Of a stretch of DNA of 64,000 nucleotides, positions 63,601 through 64,000 are shown piece after piece; within the stretch, counting starts at the first letter, position 1, and each line of letters begins with the position of its first letter. Made by a program: the position numbers and the translations under genes. The notes under the pieces were generated by a model, which saw only the letters and a program-made list of their open reading frames with translations, did no database searches and was not told the origin of the DNA. This DNA comes from Lytechinus pictus (taxonomy: Eukaryota), in assembly GCF_037042905.1 (NCBI RefSeq), contig NC_087249.1, forward strand, positions 47,988,001-48,052,000. Reading direction: 5' to 3'.

Positions 63601-64000
63601 GATCATTTAGATTTCACACCTTTCTGTATGGCACCACCGCATACTGTTGAGTTTAGGCAAAGGTCACCTTACACACCTCCAGTGCGAACACCGCCACAGG
63701 CTTCGTTGGTTCCACCGACACAGCCACTAGCGAGTCACCGCAGAGTTCGATAGCTCAGCCTCCGCAGTTATCGGCTGCTCCCTCGCTGCGAATATTACCA
63801 GCTCCAGAGGCGCATATGCCCATGGTCGGGTATCCTCATGTACCTCAGCAACAGGGGCAAGTGGTACACAATCAAGCGGCCCCGCCGCAGAGTGCGCCAC
63901 CAGCACTGCCACCACAGATGCAAGCAGCCCCACTGCCACAGATGCCAGTGGCCCCGCCGCCACATGCGTTGCCACAGATGTCAGTGGCCCCGCCGCCACA
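60660..64000 (+). mobile_element. Non-coding LTR-type retroelement: 5' LTR remnant to 61096, PBS 61101-61115, repeat-array interior, PPT 63325-63335, 3' LTR from 63336 off the edge
   Basis: ...CGAACA followed by TGGCGTAGTCAGCAG (complement of the tRNA-Ser 3' end TGGCGTAGTCGGCAG, 1 mismatch); GGGGAGTGGGG followed by TGTTA; TGTT...AACA LTR termini; no gag/pol ORF between. LTR-LTR identity cannot be checked inside the window, and the left boundary is approximate. Confidence 0.6.
61850..63195 (+). repeat. Bipartite tandem array with a conserved TTAAAGGGA core (periods ~76 bp, then ~64 bp)
   Basis: Cores at about 61905, 61958, 62011, 62086, 62162, 62238, 62314, 62389, 62464, then 62733, 62796, 62860, 62924, 62990, 63053, 63116, 63182. 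Confidence 0.9.

Noticed and set aside
63727-63999. Ala/Val-rich ORF at the right edge
   Set aside because: Produced by GC-rich tandem repeats inside the putative 3' LTR; no gag or other motif.

Overview
This is eukaryotic, AT-rich, intron-containing DNA. The repeat families look echinoderm/sea-urchin-like (inference, not a database result). Genes I can build from the sequence: (1) a two-exon ING1/ING2-type PHD-finger gene on + (6447-9208), sharing a probable bidirectional promoter with an unidentified minus-strand gene; (2) a four-exon gene on - (41703-21958) for a secreted, probably GPI-anchored reeler-domain protein of 202 aa; (3) an intronless-CDS class A GPCR resembling GPR161 on - (44993-43524). 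The reeler locus has two extra paralogous first exons with the same phase-1 donor: one inside intron 1, with its own duplicated promoter motif and a 1-bp frameshift, and one inverted downstream of the gene. I see only one set of downstream exons. The rest is a dense TE landscape: two ~3.2-3.3 kb foldback elements with TAG...CTA ends and 3-bp TSDs (Academ-like), Sola2-like, hAT-like, Tc1-like, Harbinger-like and Kolobok-like MITEs, a Helentron-associated HINE, tRNA-derived SINEs, and two CR1/L2-group LINEs. At the right end is a non-coding LTR-type element (tRNA-Ser PBS, PPT) whose interior is an array of ~18-20 mini-hairpin repeats. The window also has a decayed histone H3 fragment and a strong excess of TACATGTA, which looks like Tc1/mariner excision footprints. 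All coordinates were counted by eye and may be off by a few bases.
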